Translations under genes and position numbers: made by a program
Notes under the pieces: model-generated
What the model was told of the DNA's origin: nothing
The model's input: only the letters and a program-made list of their open reading frames with translations
The model's database searches: none
Shown: positions 40,411 through 53,981 of the stretch, piece after piece
Position numbering within the stretch: the stretch's first letter is position 1
Layout of the letters: each line of letters opens with the position of its first letter
DNA from: Octopus vulgaris
Taxonomy: Eukaryota
Reading direction: 5' to 3'
DNA length: 64,000 nucleotides
NCBI GenBank assembly: GCA_951406725.2
Contig: OX597822.1
Span: forward strand, 41,602,001-41,666,000

Positions 40411-40999
40411 TATGTACGTGCGTATTATGTTCAATACGTATAAACTTATAATGTGTCTATGTATATATCTAATATGTATGTATCTGTACATAGTTATACA
40501 TGTGTGTATGCGTGTGTATTAACGTGTTTGTATGTATGTATGTATGTATGTATGTATGTATGTATGTATGTATGTATGTATGTATGTATGTATGTATGTA
40601 TGGAAGTGTATAAACGTTCTTAATTCTTTGAATTCTTCCTAGAAATAAGGTTATCTAAAAAGAGAAACAAACCTCCGTCGCTGGAATTTATGTAACAACA
40701 ACGACGCTAAAATGTTATATTTTGAACTTTCGAAAAGTTTTGCATACTTTTACTTTTCTGCTTACAGATTGTATTACGAAGTCTGTATAAGCATGTTTTA
40801 CAGTATTTGGTGATTATAGTTAGAAACGTAGATCTATATTCAGGGTAAGTAAGCTATAGGTTTCAAACGTAGTTATCCATAAATAGTCACTTCTCGGTGA
40901 CTTTGAAATAAGGGTTCTAATATACAGGGTGACAGACCTCTGTAACCGTGTGTGCGTCTGTGTGCGTGTTTAGATAGAGAGACAGACAGACAGACAGAG

Positions 41000-41087
<88 letters not shown>

Positions 41088-41156
41088 TGAGAGATAGATG
41101 AGTATGAATGAATGTATATATATATATGTGTGCATGTGTGTATATATGTATGTGTA

Positions 41157-41239
<83 letters not shown>

Positions 41240-41355
41240 GTACATATATATATATATACACGCGCGTGTGTGTATGTATATATGTACATGTATATATGCT
41301 TGTATGTATGTGTGTATGTATGCATGTATGTATGTATGTATGTATGTATGCATGA

Positions 41356-41386
<31 letters not shown>

Positions 41387-42043
41387 CATGCATATATATA
41401 CTTGTATATATATGTGGGGGTGTAGGGAAGCGTATATGTGTATCTGTAAGTAAGCATATACATAAGAAAACGAAGTTTTAGAGAAGGTAAGGGGACGTTT
41501 TCCCAGACAAAAGAATCATGGTTTAGGCGACACACAGACAAGAGAAGTTAGACAAATAGACAGAGAGAGAGAGAGAGACAAATAAAATGAGGTAGAAGGG
41601 TGAACACAATGGTGAGTAATGTGGAGGAGCGAGAGAGAGAGAGAGAGAGAGAAAACGAAAAAGAAAGAGAGAAAAGGAGTTTGATAAGGAGCGTGGGTTC
41701 CTAGGGAGGGAGGCAGAGCAATTGATGGAATGCTGTGAAATGAAACAGATCATCTGGGTTGTTCAGTTTAATCCCCGGCTGACGAGAAGCGTGTAAATTG
41801 ATCAGTCAGGATTAGCTTTCTTCTTCTTCTCTTCATAACACTAACCAACCCCCGCCACCCACCACACCATGTAAACCCTGCCTAATACACGGTGACTGGG
41901 GCGGAGGGACCCCCACCTTCACCACCCCTACTCTCACAGACGATTCCTTCACGTGGATGCAGACAGATAATATATACATACTTATATACACATACCAATC
42001 TGCCTGTACGAATCAACAAATCATACACGTACGTGTGTGTGTA

Positions 42044-42080
<37 letters not shown>

Positions 42081-42194
42081 CCATACTTTGTATGCATGCA
42101 TGTATGTATATATGCATATTACATACATACACATATATATACATATATACACACATATATATGTATGTATATATGTATATATGTATGTATGCAC

Positions 42195-42235
<41 letters not shown>

Positions 42236-42520
42236 TGTATGTATGAATGTATGGGTGGATGCATGGATGAATGTACGTACGGATGTATGTATGTACGTAT
42301 GTATATAAATATGTGTGTGTATATATATATATATATATATACCTATAATACATAAATATACGCACACACACCTATACACACACTGATATAGTATCAATAA
42401 GAATATTTCGAAGTTAAAACTAGAATGATAATTTAGCAAAGCACTCAAGGAAATGTGTGTGCGTATATACGTGCCAGTGTATATGTACGCATATATATAT
42501 ATACATACAAACATATATAC

Positions 42521-42594
<74 letters not shown>

Positions 42595-42964
42595 CATATA
42601 CACTTATGTCAAACGGGATTGGCCACAACAGGAAAAATAAGAAAAAAAGCACATACAAAGGACGTGTATATGCTCATCAGTTATCAGCCAAAAATCATCA
42701 CATTTTCGGCACCTTCCAATAAATAATATTGTTAATTTTGACGGTGTCAGGGACATAAGCTCTTACAGAACAAATAAGCGGACATGATAGACGAACACCA
42801 GCAATAAAGAATAAAACGAGTTATGAGGAAAACAGGAAAAATATATTTAAGACAAAAGAAACAAATATGCGAGGACAGTAACAAATATATATATAGCAAA
42901 CGACACAGAGACATTTGTATACATAAAAAAGCCTTTTGGCTATGCGATAATATATATATATATA

Positions 42965-43692
42965 GTTGAAATTTACAAAAAAAAAAACAAAAGACGAAGA
43001 CAGGTGTATGAACAACAAATAGATGTATTAGTTTGACGCTCGGGAAAATGAGAAAGTTTTTCACGTTTCGAGCCTACGCTCTTCAACAGAAAGGAATAAC
43101 AGAAAATAAACACAGTGAGAGTAAAAAAAAACTTGTGGATTTAGCGATCAAACATGTCGATTGGCTAGGAAAAGGTTTTGACAGGAGAGGTAGAAAGAAG
43201 GGGAGATTATAAAGTATTGGTGATCCTAAAACGAAGGTGTGCGTGCGTGTGTATGCATGTGAGAATGTGTGTATGTGGATAGGGGCTAGTGACTTTGGCG
43301 TGTGGATGTGTGTGTGTGTGTAAGTGTGTGCGTCTGTAATGTGTGGGTATGTGGATGATAGTGCGTGGGTGTGCCGATGATGGCGCGTGGGTGTGCAAAT
43401 AATGGTGTGTGGTGTGAGTGCTGGAAAGTGGTCAGTTCTAGTGCGTGTGTGATGGTATAGGGTGGTGTGATGTGGTATGGTAGTGTGTGGTGTGGGTTAA
43501 GGGAGTGTCAATGAAGAGAGAAGGTGGGTAGGAGTGAAGAGAGGAAGTAGGTATCAGAAGAAGAGAGGAGAGGATAGGAGTTGAGCACATATGGCGCAAA
43601 GGAGCGAAGGGAGAAGATTAATTCCAGTTCACGGCGAAGGCGGGAGTCCGGATGGCCCCTGTGCAAAGACAATCCGAACACAGACAGGTGTT
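42965..43692 (-). mobile_element. 5'-truncated Penelope-like element: GIY-YIG C-terminus, 3' UTR and pseudo-LTR with minimal hammerhead (43059-43092)
   Basis: Minus strand HLSVFGLSLHRGHPDSRLRRELELIFSLRSFAPYVLN (43575-43690) fits the PLE R..E..I..L....P.GLN end; TA-flanked. Confidence 0.8.
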
Positions 43693-43699
43693 ATATATA

Positions 43700-43900
43700 T
43701 GGGTGAAATGCTTAGCGGTATTTCGTCTGTCGTTACGTTCTGAGTTCAAATTCCGCCGAGGTCAACTTTACCTTTCATCCTTTCGGGGTCGATAAATAAA
43801 GTACCAGTTTCGCACTGGGGGCGATATAATCGACTCAATCCCTTCGTCTGTCCTTGTTTGTCCCCTCTATGTTTAGCCCCTTGTGGGCAGTAAAGAAATA
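43700..43900 (+). mobile_element. SINE family B
   Basis: Core and tail as at 44227. Confidence 0.85.
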
Positions 43901-43937
43901 TATATATATATATATATATATAACACCTGTATGTATG

Positions 43938-43970
<33 letters not shown>

Positions 43971-44042
43971 GAGTAAATATCACCTTCCATGAAATATAAG
44001 ATTATCCATAAATATATAAATTTCTGTATTTGTATATGTGTA

Positions 44043-44075
<33 letters not shown>

Positions 44076-44226
44076 ATATATAGTCATATATAGTGTATGC
44101 ATCTATATATGCGTAGTAATGGAAGTTCTATCAATCATTTCTTCTGACTAGGTTACAAGAATAACACCTAACTAGATAGTGGGGTTCATAGAAGAATTTA
44201 ATCAATAGATTAGATTATAAGGGAGG

Positions 44227-44465
44227 AAGGCGACGAGCTAGCAGAAACGATAGCACGCCGGGCGGAGTGTTTAGTGGTATTTCGTCCGCCATTATGTTCT
44301 GAGTTCAAATTCCGTCGAGATCGACTTTGCCTTTCATCCTTTCCGGGTCGATAAATTAAGTACCACTTACGCACTGGGTCGATATATTCGACTTAATTCC
44401 TTTGTCTGTCCTTGTTTTCCCCCTCTATGTTTAGCCCTTTGTGGGCAATAAAGAAATAAGAAATA
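44227..44465 (+). mobile_element. SINE family B, full length
   Basis: AAGGCGACGAGCTAGCAGAA head to AAGAAAT tail; ATAAGGGAGGAA on both sides suggests a TSD. Confidence 0.9.
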
Positions 44466-44684
44466 AGGGAGGAAAAAGACAATGTAACAAATTATAAAGA
44501 GCAGATTGTAATGCTATCAGAAATTCGCACAAGCAAAGAGAAAAAAAGAGACAGATCAGTTTATTTGTTCAGATAAAGTTATTGCTTTATCTTGGAGGAC
44601 CTGCTTCAGTTGCCAGAAACATGTTAAACTGTGCAAAACGTGAGAGAAAAATCCAAGATATTTCTTGCAATAAATACATCTTAA

Positions 44685-44884
44685 CCCATTAAGTCCCACT
44701 GTCCTATAAACAAGACACTAAAGGAGAACATTAAAAGCTATATCACATTGTCTCCGTGTCCTATTTATAGGACACCGAATATTTCCATTTCTACTTGAAG
44801 TAAAGGAGTTTTATTAATTTCTTTTTCATTTCAACCTATTTTCAATCATCTGTAAAAATTTTATATACTCTGGGACTTAATGGG
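44685..44884. mobile_element. piggyBac-type MITE, 200 bp
   Basis: Perfect 14-bp TIR CCCATTAAGTCCCA, TTAA TSD, internal TGTCCTATAAA inverted repeats. Confidence 0.92.
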
Positions 44885-45634
44885 TTAAGCAAAATTTATT
44901 CATGGGCCCTTAAAATACTACTGCGGCTCTTCAACTGACTATTTTACTTGTGTGAACCGCCAAAAATCTTATATGGAGCCCATCTGAGAACCACCGGTAT
45001 AACCCATTATGTTGATTGATGAAAAGAATTTCTATTGATATCAAGATGGACGTCACTGATCAAATAAAAAAAACATAATGCCGTCATCTTCATTCTTTTG
45101 CTTACTTTTATAGTCTACGAAAATCGGTATTAATCCCGGATTTACAGTTTGCATAAAATGTTATTCGGATTAACGGGATACTTTTATCTGATTTCTTTAC
45201 CTCTGCATTTCGTTGGCCAGGCTTTAAGGTGAATTGCTGACTTGGTATTTACCTGGAAACCCCTAAGCCTCTATTCCCTAAATATATTTCTCCACTCTTT
45301 CGTTGGTGCACTGTGAACGGATTACCTTCGGAATGGAGAAATCATACATCGGTTTATCACTCAATTATTTCCCTATAGTTTGGAGTACATAAAACTACTT
45401 ATTTATTTTTAGAAAACAACTAATTCTTTTATACATAAGATGAGCTGGAGGATATATCATTTTGAGTGGAGGATAGGAAACAGAATGACATCGATCTCGA
45501 CTCGAAACGGGAATTTTAGATCCCATAGGAGCCTATCCCTTAACCCCTACTTAGTAGGATTTGAGTAAGATCAATTTTAAGTACAGAATAATGAACATTT
45601 AAAAATCTGGATAACTTAATTCATAATACAGCTC

Positions 45635-45802
45635 TATATCTAAGAGATGAGGAATTTTGTACATTATTTACATTTGACGGATATTTGTCCTCATCTTGTT
45701 TGTTGTTAACACAACATTTTGGCTGATATACCCTCCAGCTTTCATCAGGCATCTTGGGGAAATTTCGAACCTGGATTCTCATTCCTAAGGTATTTTTCGA
45801 TG
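45635..45802 (-). repeat. PLE-type repeat with decayed minimal hammerhead (about 45706-45752)
   Basis: CUGAUGA-AAGCUGG-AGGGUAUA-UCAGCC-AAAA-UG-UU-GUGU; the changes fit CpG decay of CGAAACG. Confidence 0.55.
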
Positions 45803-45814
45803 TTGTTGTTGTTG

Positions 45815-45849
<35 letters not shown>

Positions 45850-45852
<3 letters not shown>

Positions 45853-47920
45853 TAGTTTTATTTTTTATAGCGTGCTTTCACTTCACTACCGAGCGCAGCT
45901 CTGTGTGCCTTGGGTGTGTGCTGTGATTTGTTGTGATGCTCTGATGGTTATTGTATGGAAAGTGTTCTGCGTAGGATGTGTGCAGTGCCTAGAAGTGCAA
46001 TTGTCTGTATGTCATATGTGTTTGTAAGTCCTGGTGTTTTTGTTATGTATTTGTCTGAATATTTTTTTATCATGCCTAATGCACCTACTATGATAGGAAT
46101 TGTTTCTGTTTTTAGATTCCACATTCTGGTTACCTCCATTTCCAGGTCTTTGTATTTTGAAAGTTTCTCCATTTCTTTTAGAGACACGTTGTCATCTGCC
46201 GGTATTGATACATCAATTAGAAAGCATTTTTTTCTTCATGATCTCTGACAACTATATCTGGTCTGTTGGCCTTAATTCTCTATCTGTGTGTATCGGCATA
46301 TCCCAAAGTATGGTTGCTTTCTCGTTTTCTGTGATCTTTTCTGGTGTGTGTCTATACCATCTTTTTTCTGTTGTTATTCCATAATGTTGGCATAGCTTCC
46401 AGTGTATGTAGGTTCCAACTCTGTCATGTCTGTGAATATATTCCTTCTTAGCCAGGACTGGGCAGCCAGAAATAATATGATTTATTGTTTCTTGTCCATC
46501 TCCACATATTCTGTAGTTACTTGATATATTTCTTTTCATTACATGTTTTTGGTAATTTCTGGTGGGGAGGCTTTGGTCTTGTGCTGCAATTAAAAATCCC
46601 TCTGTCTCTGCTTTGAGTCCTGAGCTTCTCAACCATTGCTGGGATTTTTGTTTTGCATTTAGTTTAGTCCAGTATTTACCGTGAAGGGGTTTTTCTTGCC
46701 ATCGTTTTATCATGGTTCTTTGCTGTTCTAGTTTTAGTTTGGATTTCATTTGTTTTATAGCTTTTGTTGTTTCTTCATCTTCTTCTTCTTCTTCTTTATA
46801 TTTGTTAGGTGGTATGATTTCTTGTTTGTATTTGTCAGCTTCCTTAAATACTGAGAACAGTTTTTTGTTTTGCTCTTGTTTTGCCGCTATTTGTATCAGT
46901 TTTCCTTCCTTCTGAAGTAGATATTTTTGCAGTCCTATGGTGGTTATTTTATAGTAGTTTTCCAGCTGTATAAGACCTCTACCACCTTCTATACGTTGTA
47001 TATATAGTCTTTCTATGTCAGATTTTGGGTGATGCATCCTAGACCCTGTCATTATTTTTCTTGTTTTCCTATCTATTTTGGTCAGTTCATTTAGTGTCCA
47101 GTTAAGGATATTGTAGCTGTAACTTATAACTGGGACAGCTAAAGTGTTAATACCTATTATCTTGTTTTTAGCGTTGAGCTCTGTTTTTAGTATTGATTTA
47201 ACTCGTCTATAATATTCTTTTTTTATTTTCTCTTTCATTTGTGTGTGTTGTGTCTTATCTAGTTCATGGATTCCTAAGTATTTGTAAGTTTGGCTTTGGT
47301 CTAATTCTTTTATTTCATTGGTTTTATCTAGTGTGATGTTGCTACTCTTAACTAGTTTTCCTCTTTTCATGGTTACTTTGGCGCATTTTTCTAATCCAAA
47401 TTTCATATCTATTTCTTTGGTAAATCCATGAACTGTCTTTAATAGTGTTTCCAGCTGTTTGTCATTTGCAGCGTATAGTTTTAGGTCATCCATATATAAA
47501 AGGTGGCTGATCGTTTTGCCGTAACATTTATATCCGCATCCAGTCCTATTTAGCATATCAGATAGAGGTGACAGTGCCAAGCAGAAAAGGAGAGGAGAGA
47601 GCGTGTCTCCCTGGAATATTCCTCTTCTAATGGGGATGGCTTTGGTTTTCATGAGTCCCTCTTTTGCTTGGAGCTGTAGCACTGTTTGCCATTTATTCAT
47701 AGAGTACCCAATGAATTTTATAATTGTTGGTGCTACTTTGTTAATGGCTAGTGTTTCGAGGATCCATGTGTGGGGGATGCTATCAAACGCCTTTTTGTAG
47801 TCGATCCAGGCCATACTGAGGCCTTTCTTCTTTCTGTGGCTGTCTTCAGTTATGGCTTTATTGATCATTAGTTGATCTTTACAGCCGTATGAGCCTTTGC
47901 GGCATCCTTTCTGCTCTTCT

Positions 47921-47921
<1 letters not shown>
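45850..47921 (-). mobile_element. 5'-truncated R4/Dong-like LINE (RT, CCHC, REL endonuclease) inserted in (TAA)n
   Basis: 538-aa ORF 46252-47868: WIDYKKAFDS, GIFQGDTLSPLLF, LYMDDLK, RHD. Frameshift near 46270 to PD..D..K domain, stop at 45948. (TAA)n on both sides. Confidence 0.95.
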
Positions 47922-47990
<69 letters not shown>

Positions 47991-48749
47991 CTTCCAGGAC
48001 GAGCCTCGTCTTCTAGGATATAGTTTCCAGCTCGGAATTTCTAGAACCACCATTGACACTGGCTTACACTTATTGTCCAATCCCCATATACTACATTAAT
48101 ATTCCTCGCACTTTCCGTTGCATCGTTGCCTTCATTGAACTAATAAAGCAAATTATGCCGAATATGCTCCTTTGTCACTTGCATTATAACTTTGAAAAAA
48201 TAACTGTTAAAATCGAACTGCACTCTTCAAAACTTGCACTGAGAATAAGTACAAGGTAAAATTACGACCTGATTTTATAGCATGTTGATGCAGATAGTTT
48301 ATCCCGTCCCCCTCCGACTTTTAGTTCATGCAACTGAAAAAGCCGCATTATTTATGGGATGACCCTATAAAATTTAACGACAGTTTTTTTAACGAGAAAA
48401 TTGTGTATCCATTCAAACGACGGGAGAAACCATTGATAAAATTTTTATTTAAAGTCTGCATTTTTTATAAACATAAAAATGTTACAACTTAAGATTAATT
48501 CCACTAACTTCGCAGTGTCATCATCTCTGTTTAATTGTCTGGTGACGAAAGGGGTAATTCTTTGGCCAGGAATGTAGAATATATAGGCTCATGATGTGAA
48601 CATCTGTGTAATCCGTAGCTATTATCCTCACATCGAAGGGATCAGTGGTATGTTATTTTTGTTATCCATGTGGTATTACCGTAGAAAGGAAGGACATGCT
48701 TTTTGGTGTGAAATAAATCAAAATCATTAGATTTTATTGTAATATTGGT

Positions 48750-49570
48750 TCTGGAGAAGTTGGAAGCCACTGTACGAAAGTTGTTTGGTCATAGAAAGAA
48801 AAACAGATCCGGATATCGAACAGGGAGAATTAGCAATAAAGTTTAAGGGGCTGAAGTAGAACCGATTAACGACAGTGTTAGAATTATTCCAGAGAAGGAA
48901 TTTTAATCTTCGAAATAATAGCATATCAAATATATTTGCTGACGATGCCAAGGTCAGATTTCAAGGAGGTGGGATGTAGTTGATAATCTTTCTGGATGGG
49001 TGGCTGGTAATTTGCGGGTTGTTTAAGCATGAAATAAGATTTATGGACTGAAAGGATATCTCTTATCTCTTTTGTGTCGAATAACAATGTTTTTCGTCGA
49101 TATCTTAAATGTCATTTAAAGTTGCAGGTTAAGTTTTTAAGTAGGAACTAGATGCAAACAAAGTTGGACAGGAATCGATGGTAAGTTCTTTTATCAAATT
49201 CATAAAGGTTTTTAATTTTTGTTCGAGTCTATGAAAATATTTTAGTCTTCTTGATCCATTTATTCTCTCTTTTTCTTTTTCTTTTTTTTTTTTTTTGTTC
49301 CCCGAGATTGTTTCAAAAATTATTTGTATGTTAAGTCGATTTTAACGTTCTTAATCATCAAGAATAAATCGTGTTCAAAAGAAGCAAGATATTAATCGAT
49401 TTACAAGATTTCACTTGGTATTGATCTTGATTAAGTTTTCGATAGAATCCTTCTCGTGAAAATATTTTCCCCATTTAATGCTTTTGATGAAATTTTCTTC
49501 TTTTCTTCCTTTCTTTTACTTGAAGCAGGCATTTTTTTAGGTATATCTTTATGGTGAGATAGGGATAATC
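48750..49570 (-). pseudogene. Heavily decayed Penelope-like reverse transcriptase, N-terminal part
   Basis: Minus-strand remnants EENFIKSIKW, FEHDLFLMIKNV, NLYEFDKRTY, SDLGIVSKYI, FDI. Confidence 0.6.
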
Positions 49571-49797
49571 TTCTTGGAAAAAATGGTACTTGTGGTTATA
49601 CTGTCTATCAAAATTCCGGATTACCAGCCCAGATTATGTTACATCATTGGACTATCTCTCAGAGTACGTCGATTCTTCACACCTGATTGCAAATACACAC
49701 ACATACACACAAACACACGCACAGACATACACACACACACACGCAGCACATACACAAATATATGTGTGTCTTTGCATGTGTGTGTGTGTATATTTAG

Positions 49798-50257
49798 TGG
49801 AGGCACATGGCCTAGTGGTTAGAGCAGCGAACTCGCGGTCGAAAGCTTGCGGATTCGAATCTCAGACCGGGAGATGTGTGTGTTTATGAGCGGAACTCCT
49901 AAGCCCCACGCGGCTCCGGCAGAAGGTAACAGCAAACTTCTGCTGACTCTTTCGCCACAACTTTCTCTCACTCTTTCCTCCAAATGGCTCAGTGGTTAGA
50001 GCGTCGAGCTTACGATCGTGAGGTTGTAAGCTCGAATCCCAGTTCACTCAGCTGTAGAAATGAGTTGCGACGTCACTGGTGCCAAGCTGTATCGACCTTT
50101 GTCTTTCCCTTGGATAACACTGGTGGCGTGGAGGGGAGGCTGGTATGCATGGGCGACTGCTGGTCTTCCATAAACAACCTCGCCCGGACTTGTGTCTAGG
50201 AGGGTAACTTTCTAGGTGCAATCCCATGGTCTGTGTCGTGACCGAAGGGGGTCTCCG
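49798..50257 (+). mobile_element. SINE family D head (49798-49982) joined to SINE family E (49983-50257)
   Basis: Two successive tRNA-like heads; tail shared with 3163-3362. Confidence 0.8.
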
Positions 50258-50307
50258 ATATATATATATGGTTAATGAGAGACGGAAGATGGATGATGCG
50301 TGAATTT

Positions 50308-50420
50308 TATTGATCACTACAATTGTTTCGACCCATCGATCCCTTATAGGTGGGATACTTAAAAATTTGCTCAGTAGCATCCGACCGACGGTAAAGATGC
50401 ATCTCTTCGGGTGATAAATA
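50308..50420 (-). ncRNA. Putative type I hammerhead, U4C core variant, branched stem II
   Basis: UAUUUAUCAC-CCGAAGA-GA...UC-GAAA-CAAUUG-UA-GUGAUCAAUA. Confidence 0.55.
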
Positions 50421-51259
50421 GACACAACTCGTTGAAATAACAGTTCCAAGCAGCAAATTAAAAGATTTAGCTTCATTTATACAGAAGATCACTTATAAAA
50501 TAATAGATGCAAAAAAGAAACAAATACGCAGTACAGCGAAAAAGTATTAAATATAACCGTTAACGGATATGGATGTTTAAACGCACTCGCGTAGGTTGTA
50601 TGGCGCATGTACACTCGCTCAGACAAGCATCCACGAAGATGTAAGCATACGCACACGTGTGGTCTGGCATGCATACGTTCACATAGAATTAAATAGCTAC
50701 TTGGTGTTTATAAGAATGGGGAGGTTAGAGCAAAATTTAATTCATCCATACATTAAGGTGAATTATGTTAACAGTTACTCATATTCATTCTCACTGCATT
50801 GTGTGATGATGCATTTATATGCATGTAAGCATTTTGAGAGACTTTCAGAAATTCTATTAATGATCTTCTTATTGGTTCACAGAATAAACAGAGATTCCTC
50901 GGAGCAGAGTCGGCATCTCCTGGAAATGATATTATATGATTTTGCGTGCCTTACTATGGACCACGTTATGTTATACCTAATTTTATCTTCCTTAAGTCGC
51001 CACACAAAATAGGCCTAAGATCTTGAATGTCTGTTATTGATTTTCTTGAATACATACACATAAATATATGTATATGCACACAAGCAGACACCTTGGCACG
51101 TACATATACATACATGCACGCACAAACATGAACATACACACTACCGACATTTATACATGTATGCAGGCATCATAACCAACAGTAAAATACATTAACACAT
51201 ACACATATTTATTCACAGATGCACAAACACACGCGCATACACACACATGTGGTTGTCTA

Positions 51260-51828
51260 TCGAATCCAGTGACGACAAGCTTCTTCTTCATATTTGGATA
51301 CATTGATAACTGTCCAAACCAATCCATGATGCGTGCCAAGGTTTCTGTTTGTATGCTTGAACGGAACCAAACGTCAACGCGGAACCAAACGTTCAACAGA
51401 TGGAACGACTCAACACGGCTATTCAAGAGAAAAGACCTAATCGTCAGCATGGAGTTCTGCTGCACGACAACACCCGCCCTCATATCGCCAATATGACCAA
51501 GGAAGCCATTCAAACGCATGACTGGGAAGTGCTGCCTCACCCGCCATACTCTCCTAATTTGGCACCAACGGAATTCCACCGCTTTCGATCTCTTTCAAAT
51601 GCTATGCGCGGAGTTTCGTTCAACACTGATGCAGAATTGAGAGCTTGATTGGATCAATTTTTCGAGTCGAAATCGAGCGATTTCTACCAACGAGGTATTG
51701 AAAATCTTGTTGGAAAGAAATTGTAAACAACAAGGGTGAAGACATTCTTGATTAATTAGTTATTTTTTATTAAACCGTTTAAAAAATTTAAATTTAAAAA
51801 AACGGCGGGAACTCAGTTACCCACCTAA
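51260..51828 (+). pseudogene. Mariner 3' fragment with right TIR
   Basis: LLHDNTRPH, HPPYSPNLAPTEF; ends GGGAACTCAGTTACCCACCTAA-TA. Confidence 0.9.
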
Positions 51829-51990
51829 TATATAAAAGGCATGGATACATATAACAAATGAAGCGAATCCATACACACACATACACACACACACAAGAAA
51901 TTTCATGGACGGCCATAACAATGTCAATAACACAATTAATGACAGCAGCAGCGGCCGTGACAACGATGGCAATAACAACAACAAATACCA

Positions 51991-52220
51991 ATTTCTTTAC
52001 TGCCCACAAGGGGCTAAACACAGAGGGGACAAACAAGGACAGACATAGGTATTAAGTCGATTACATCGACCCCAGTGCGTAGCTGGTACTTAATTTATCG
52101 ACCCGGAAGGATGAAAGACAAAGTCGACCTCGGCGGAATTTGAACTCAGAACGTAACGACAGACGAAATACGGCTACGCATTTTGCCCGGCGTGCTAACG
52201 TTTCTGCCAGCTCGCCGCCT
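51991..52220 (-). mobile_element. SINE family B, full length
   Basis: Reverse complement of the 44227 copy. Confidence 0.9.
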
Positions 52221-52567
52221 GGCTGAAAATACCACGATGGCAACACCGTGGGCGAAAACACGTACACAGAGGAATACAGAAACTGTACCATTGGTTTTTT
52301 TTTTTTTTGGTGGGTGGGGTCTTAGGACAGCAACAACACAGTGGATGAGAGGATGGGGCTGAGGGGAAGGCCACACAGCTGCTAAAACTATGACGCACAC
52401 ACAAACATACACACCCACACACATGCACACACGCACACATACACACACACACACACAAGGGCACAAACGCATGCGCACATTAGGATACTTTTCTTAGAAG
52501 AACAGAAGGGAGTAGGTGGAGCAAGAACACACACGAAAACGAAAAGTGTCACTGAAGAGGTCACAGA

Positions 52568-52878
52568 TGGACAAATGTCTTCTAGTATAGCCTCGGGCCG
52601 ACCAAAACCTTGTGAGTGGATTTGGTAGACGGAAGCGGAAAGAAGCCCGTCATGCGTGTGTGTGTGTGTGAGCGTGCGTGCGTGCGTGTGTCCTCCAACA
52701 TCGATTGACAACCGATGCTGGTGTGTTTACGTCCCAGTAACATAGCAGTTCGACAAAAGATACCAATAGAATAAGTATTCGGTTATCAAAGAATAAGTCC
52801 CGGGGTCGATTCGTTCGACTAAAGGAGGTGCTCCAGCATGGCCGCAGTCAAATGACTGAAGCAAAAGAATAAAAGAAT
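52568..52878 (+). mobile_element. SINE family A, 5' truncated
   Basis: Body and tail match. Confidence 0.85.
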
Positions 52879-52952
52879 ATATATATACACACACATGCAT
52901 ACATACGTACGTACACATGCACAGGAATACGTGTGTGCATGTGCGTGTGTGT

Positions 52953-52983
<31 letters not shown>

Positions 52984-53297
52984 ATGGGAAGTGAAGAAAA
53001 AAAAAGTTAGCTGCAAAGCAAATGAGGTGGGAATGGTCTCATTGGACGGAGAGTTGGTTTGGGATAAAATGTTTGATATACGGAGAACAAAGGGGCTTTT
53101 CTGAGCGATAAATGGTCCCCGAGGAAGACGCTGTGTACGGGGAGTCGGGGTAGAGCATTAGTAAGACAGTGTGGCGACACCACGGAACACGTTTCTGGCA
53201 GAGTGCCTCTCCTGCCTAATGGAGAATCCTAGAATCCAATGCCAAAACTCTCCGATAGAACTTCGCTTCTTCACACAGAATTCTGTCTCTACTGCTG

Positions 53298-53328
<31 letters not shown>

Positions 53329-53446
53329 TACTACTACTACTGCTGCTGCTACTACTACTACTACCGGTCCATTGATTAACTCATCTTCATACTCTCTTCC
53401 CTCTCTCTCTTTTTCTTCGCCTCTGTCTTTCTTTTTCTCTCATCTG

Positions 53447-53514
<68 letters not shown>

Positions 53515-53520
<6 letters not shown>

Positions 53521-53760
53521 TTTCTTATTTCAGTCATTCGACTGCGGCCGTGCTGGGGCACTGCCTTGAAGAGTTCAGCTGAACTAATGAACTCCCTAAC
53601 CCCCACCCCCCAGTAACAATTTTTTAAACCTGGTACTTCTGCTATCGGTCTCCTTTGCCGAACGGGTAGCTTACATGGACGTAAACAAACCAACGCGGGT
53701 TGTTAAGCGGTGGTGGTGGTGTAAGAGGACAATCACATACACAAAGACATTTGTGTGTGT
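53515..53760 (-). mobile_element. SINE family A, 3' half
   Basis: Reverse complement of the tail. Confidence 0.75.
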
Positions 53761-53981
53761 ATGTGTGTGTAATGGTTGACTAACAGGTTAGGGATAGAAA
53801 GCGAGGATGAAAGAAGAGACTGCTGTGGTTTGTAGGGATGGTGATGGACTAAACATGAAGAGCTTTCAGAATAATTAATGTGCTCAAAGATAAGGTTGGT
53901 CACCAGAAGAACCAAATAGAGTAGAAAAAGAGAATAAGTACAACCTGGTTTATATATCCACAGTAAATACACATATATACA

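Noticed and set aside
41745-41820. Paired TAATCC/GGATTA homeodomain-type sites
   Set aside because: Short motifs expected by chance; conservation cannot be assessed here.
44588-44630. GGAGGA...GAAACATGTT hammerhead-like string
   Set aside because: CUG core and stems are too degenerate.
49798-49870. tRNA-like sequences (also 18991, 30264, 49983)
   Set aside because: They run straight into SINE bodies, so they are SINE heads and not tRNA genes.
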